From sequence record BH153120.1: DNA of 241 nt. One strand, 5' to 3'. A program made the translations under genes and the position numbers. Under the pieces are notes generated by a model. The model was given only the letters and a program-made list of their open reading frames with translations. It searched no databases and was not told the DNA's origin. The stretch's first letter is position 1; each line of letters opens with the position of its first letter. This DNA comes from a phage. Shown here one piece after another: positions 1-241 of the stretch.

Positions 1-241
1 TATACTTCCGAGATGAGGTTTCCGCCAGCTTTACGAAAAACTGGAAAAAAGATCTTCGACATACTCATGAGATCCACTTTAAGCTGATTGCTCATTTTCA
101 TAAGCTGTTTCAGATCTCCGAGTTTATCGGGGGACCGTGCGTTTAAAGTCTTAGCTATTGATTCATCTAGTATACCTGAATATGTTTTCTGTGATTGAAA
201 TCGATGGTAAGGCTTACCAGTGTCCAGACAATGAAAAGTTT
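1..241 (-). CDS. hypothetical protein, internal fragment; both ends lie outside the window
   Basis: Seen in sequence: reverse-complement frame beginning at forward position 239 and running to forward position 3 contains 79 consecutive sense codons and no TAA, TAG or TGA. Under a composition-only model at about 39% G+C, a stop-free run of this length is expected in well under 1 in 100 random frames (my rough estimate, not a gene-finder score). Every other frame is broken: forward frame 1 stops at 85-87 and 196-198, forward frame 2 at 14-16, 68-70, 80-82, 101-103 and 152-154, forward frame 3 at 144-146, minus frame 1 at forward 167-169, minus frame 2 at forward 214-216. The translation has a mixed, K/L/S-rich composition typical of a low-GC organism. 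No homology search was possible, so the product is unassigned. Confidence 0.5.

Noticed and set aside
36-50. A5 (36-40) and A6 (45-50) homopolymer runs inside the coding frame as possible slipped-strand phase-variation tracts
   Set aside because: Runs of 5-6 bases are common in low-GC coding sequence and shorter than the tracts usually associated with phase variation. The frame is intact here and there is no comparative evidence of length variation.
80-107. Short direct repeat TAAGCTG at 80-86 and 101-107, 21 bp apart
   Set aside because: Seven-base repeats are expected by chance at this spacing. On the coding strand both copies encode a Gln-Leu dipeptide in frame, so this reflects peptide sequence rather than a repeat element, att site or CRISPR-like structure.
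51-117. Three GATC sites within 67 bp (51-54, 71-74, 113-116; the last inside an AGATCT palindrome at 112-117), possibly a Dam-methylation or regulatory cluster
   Set aside because: About one GATC is expected by chance in a window of this size and composition, so three is at most a marginal excess. The sites lie inside the putative coding frame with no associated promoter-like elements, so there is no basis to call a regulatory feature.
93-122. Possible internal translation start on the minus strand at the ATG AAA ATG codons (forward 101-93), with a GGAG-like element upstream (forward 122-119)
   Set aside because: The GGAG-like element sits roughly 13 nt upstream of the first ATG, longer than typical Shine-Dalgarno spacing, and the frame stays open upstream of it. 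The Met codons are more likely internal residues; only flanking sequence can decide.
144-170. Possible intergenic gap or terminator between convergent stops (forward frame-3 TAA at 144-146 and minus frame-1 stop at forward 167-169)
   Set aside because: No GC-rich inverted repeat or following T-tract is present in 141-175. The region is fully covered by the open minus-strand frame, so a terminator call is not supported.
170-205. Small palindromes GTATAC (170-175) and ATCGAT (200-205) as potential protein-binding or restriction-modification target sites
   Set aside because: Isolated 6-bp palindromes occur by chance at this frequency. They have no partner half-sites, no spacing pattern and no adjacent promoter elements.

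Overview
This 241-bp window (about 39% G+C by hand count) is most simply read as an internal fragment of a single protein-coding gene on the minus strand. One minus-strand frame is open across the whole window (79 sense codons, forward 239 down to 3) with no start or stop inside it, while the other five frames are interrupted by stops or are much shorter. The translated fragment is TFHCLDTGKPYHRFQSQKTYSGILDESIAKTLNARSPDKLGDLKQLMKMSNQLKVDLMSMSKIFFPVFRKAGGNLISEV. I do not recognise it as any named family and see no classical catalytic or nucleotide-binding motif, so the product is called hypothetical. I found no RNA gene, CRISPR repeat, mobile-element end, terminator hairpin or convincing promoter. 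The window is too short to support or rule out any multi-gene system; that needs flanking sequence and homology or structure searches I cannot run here.
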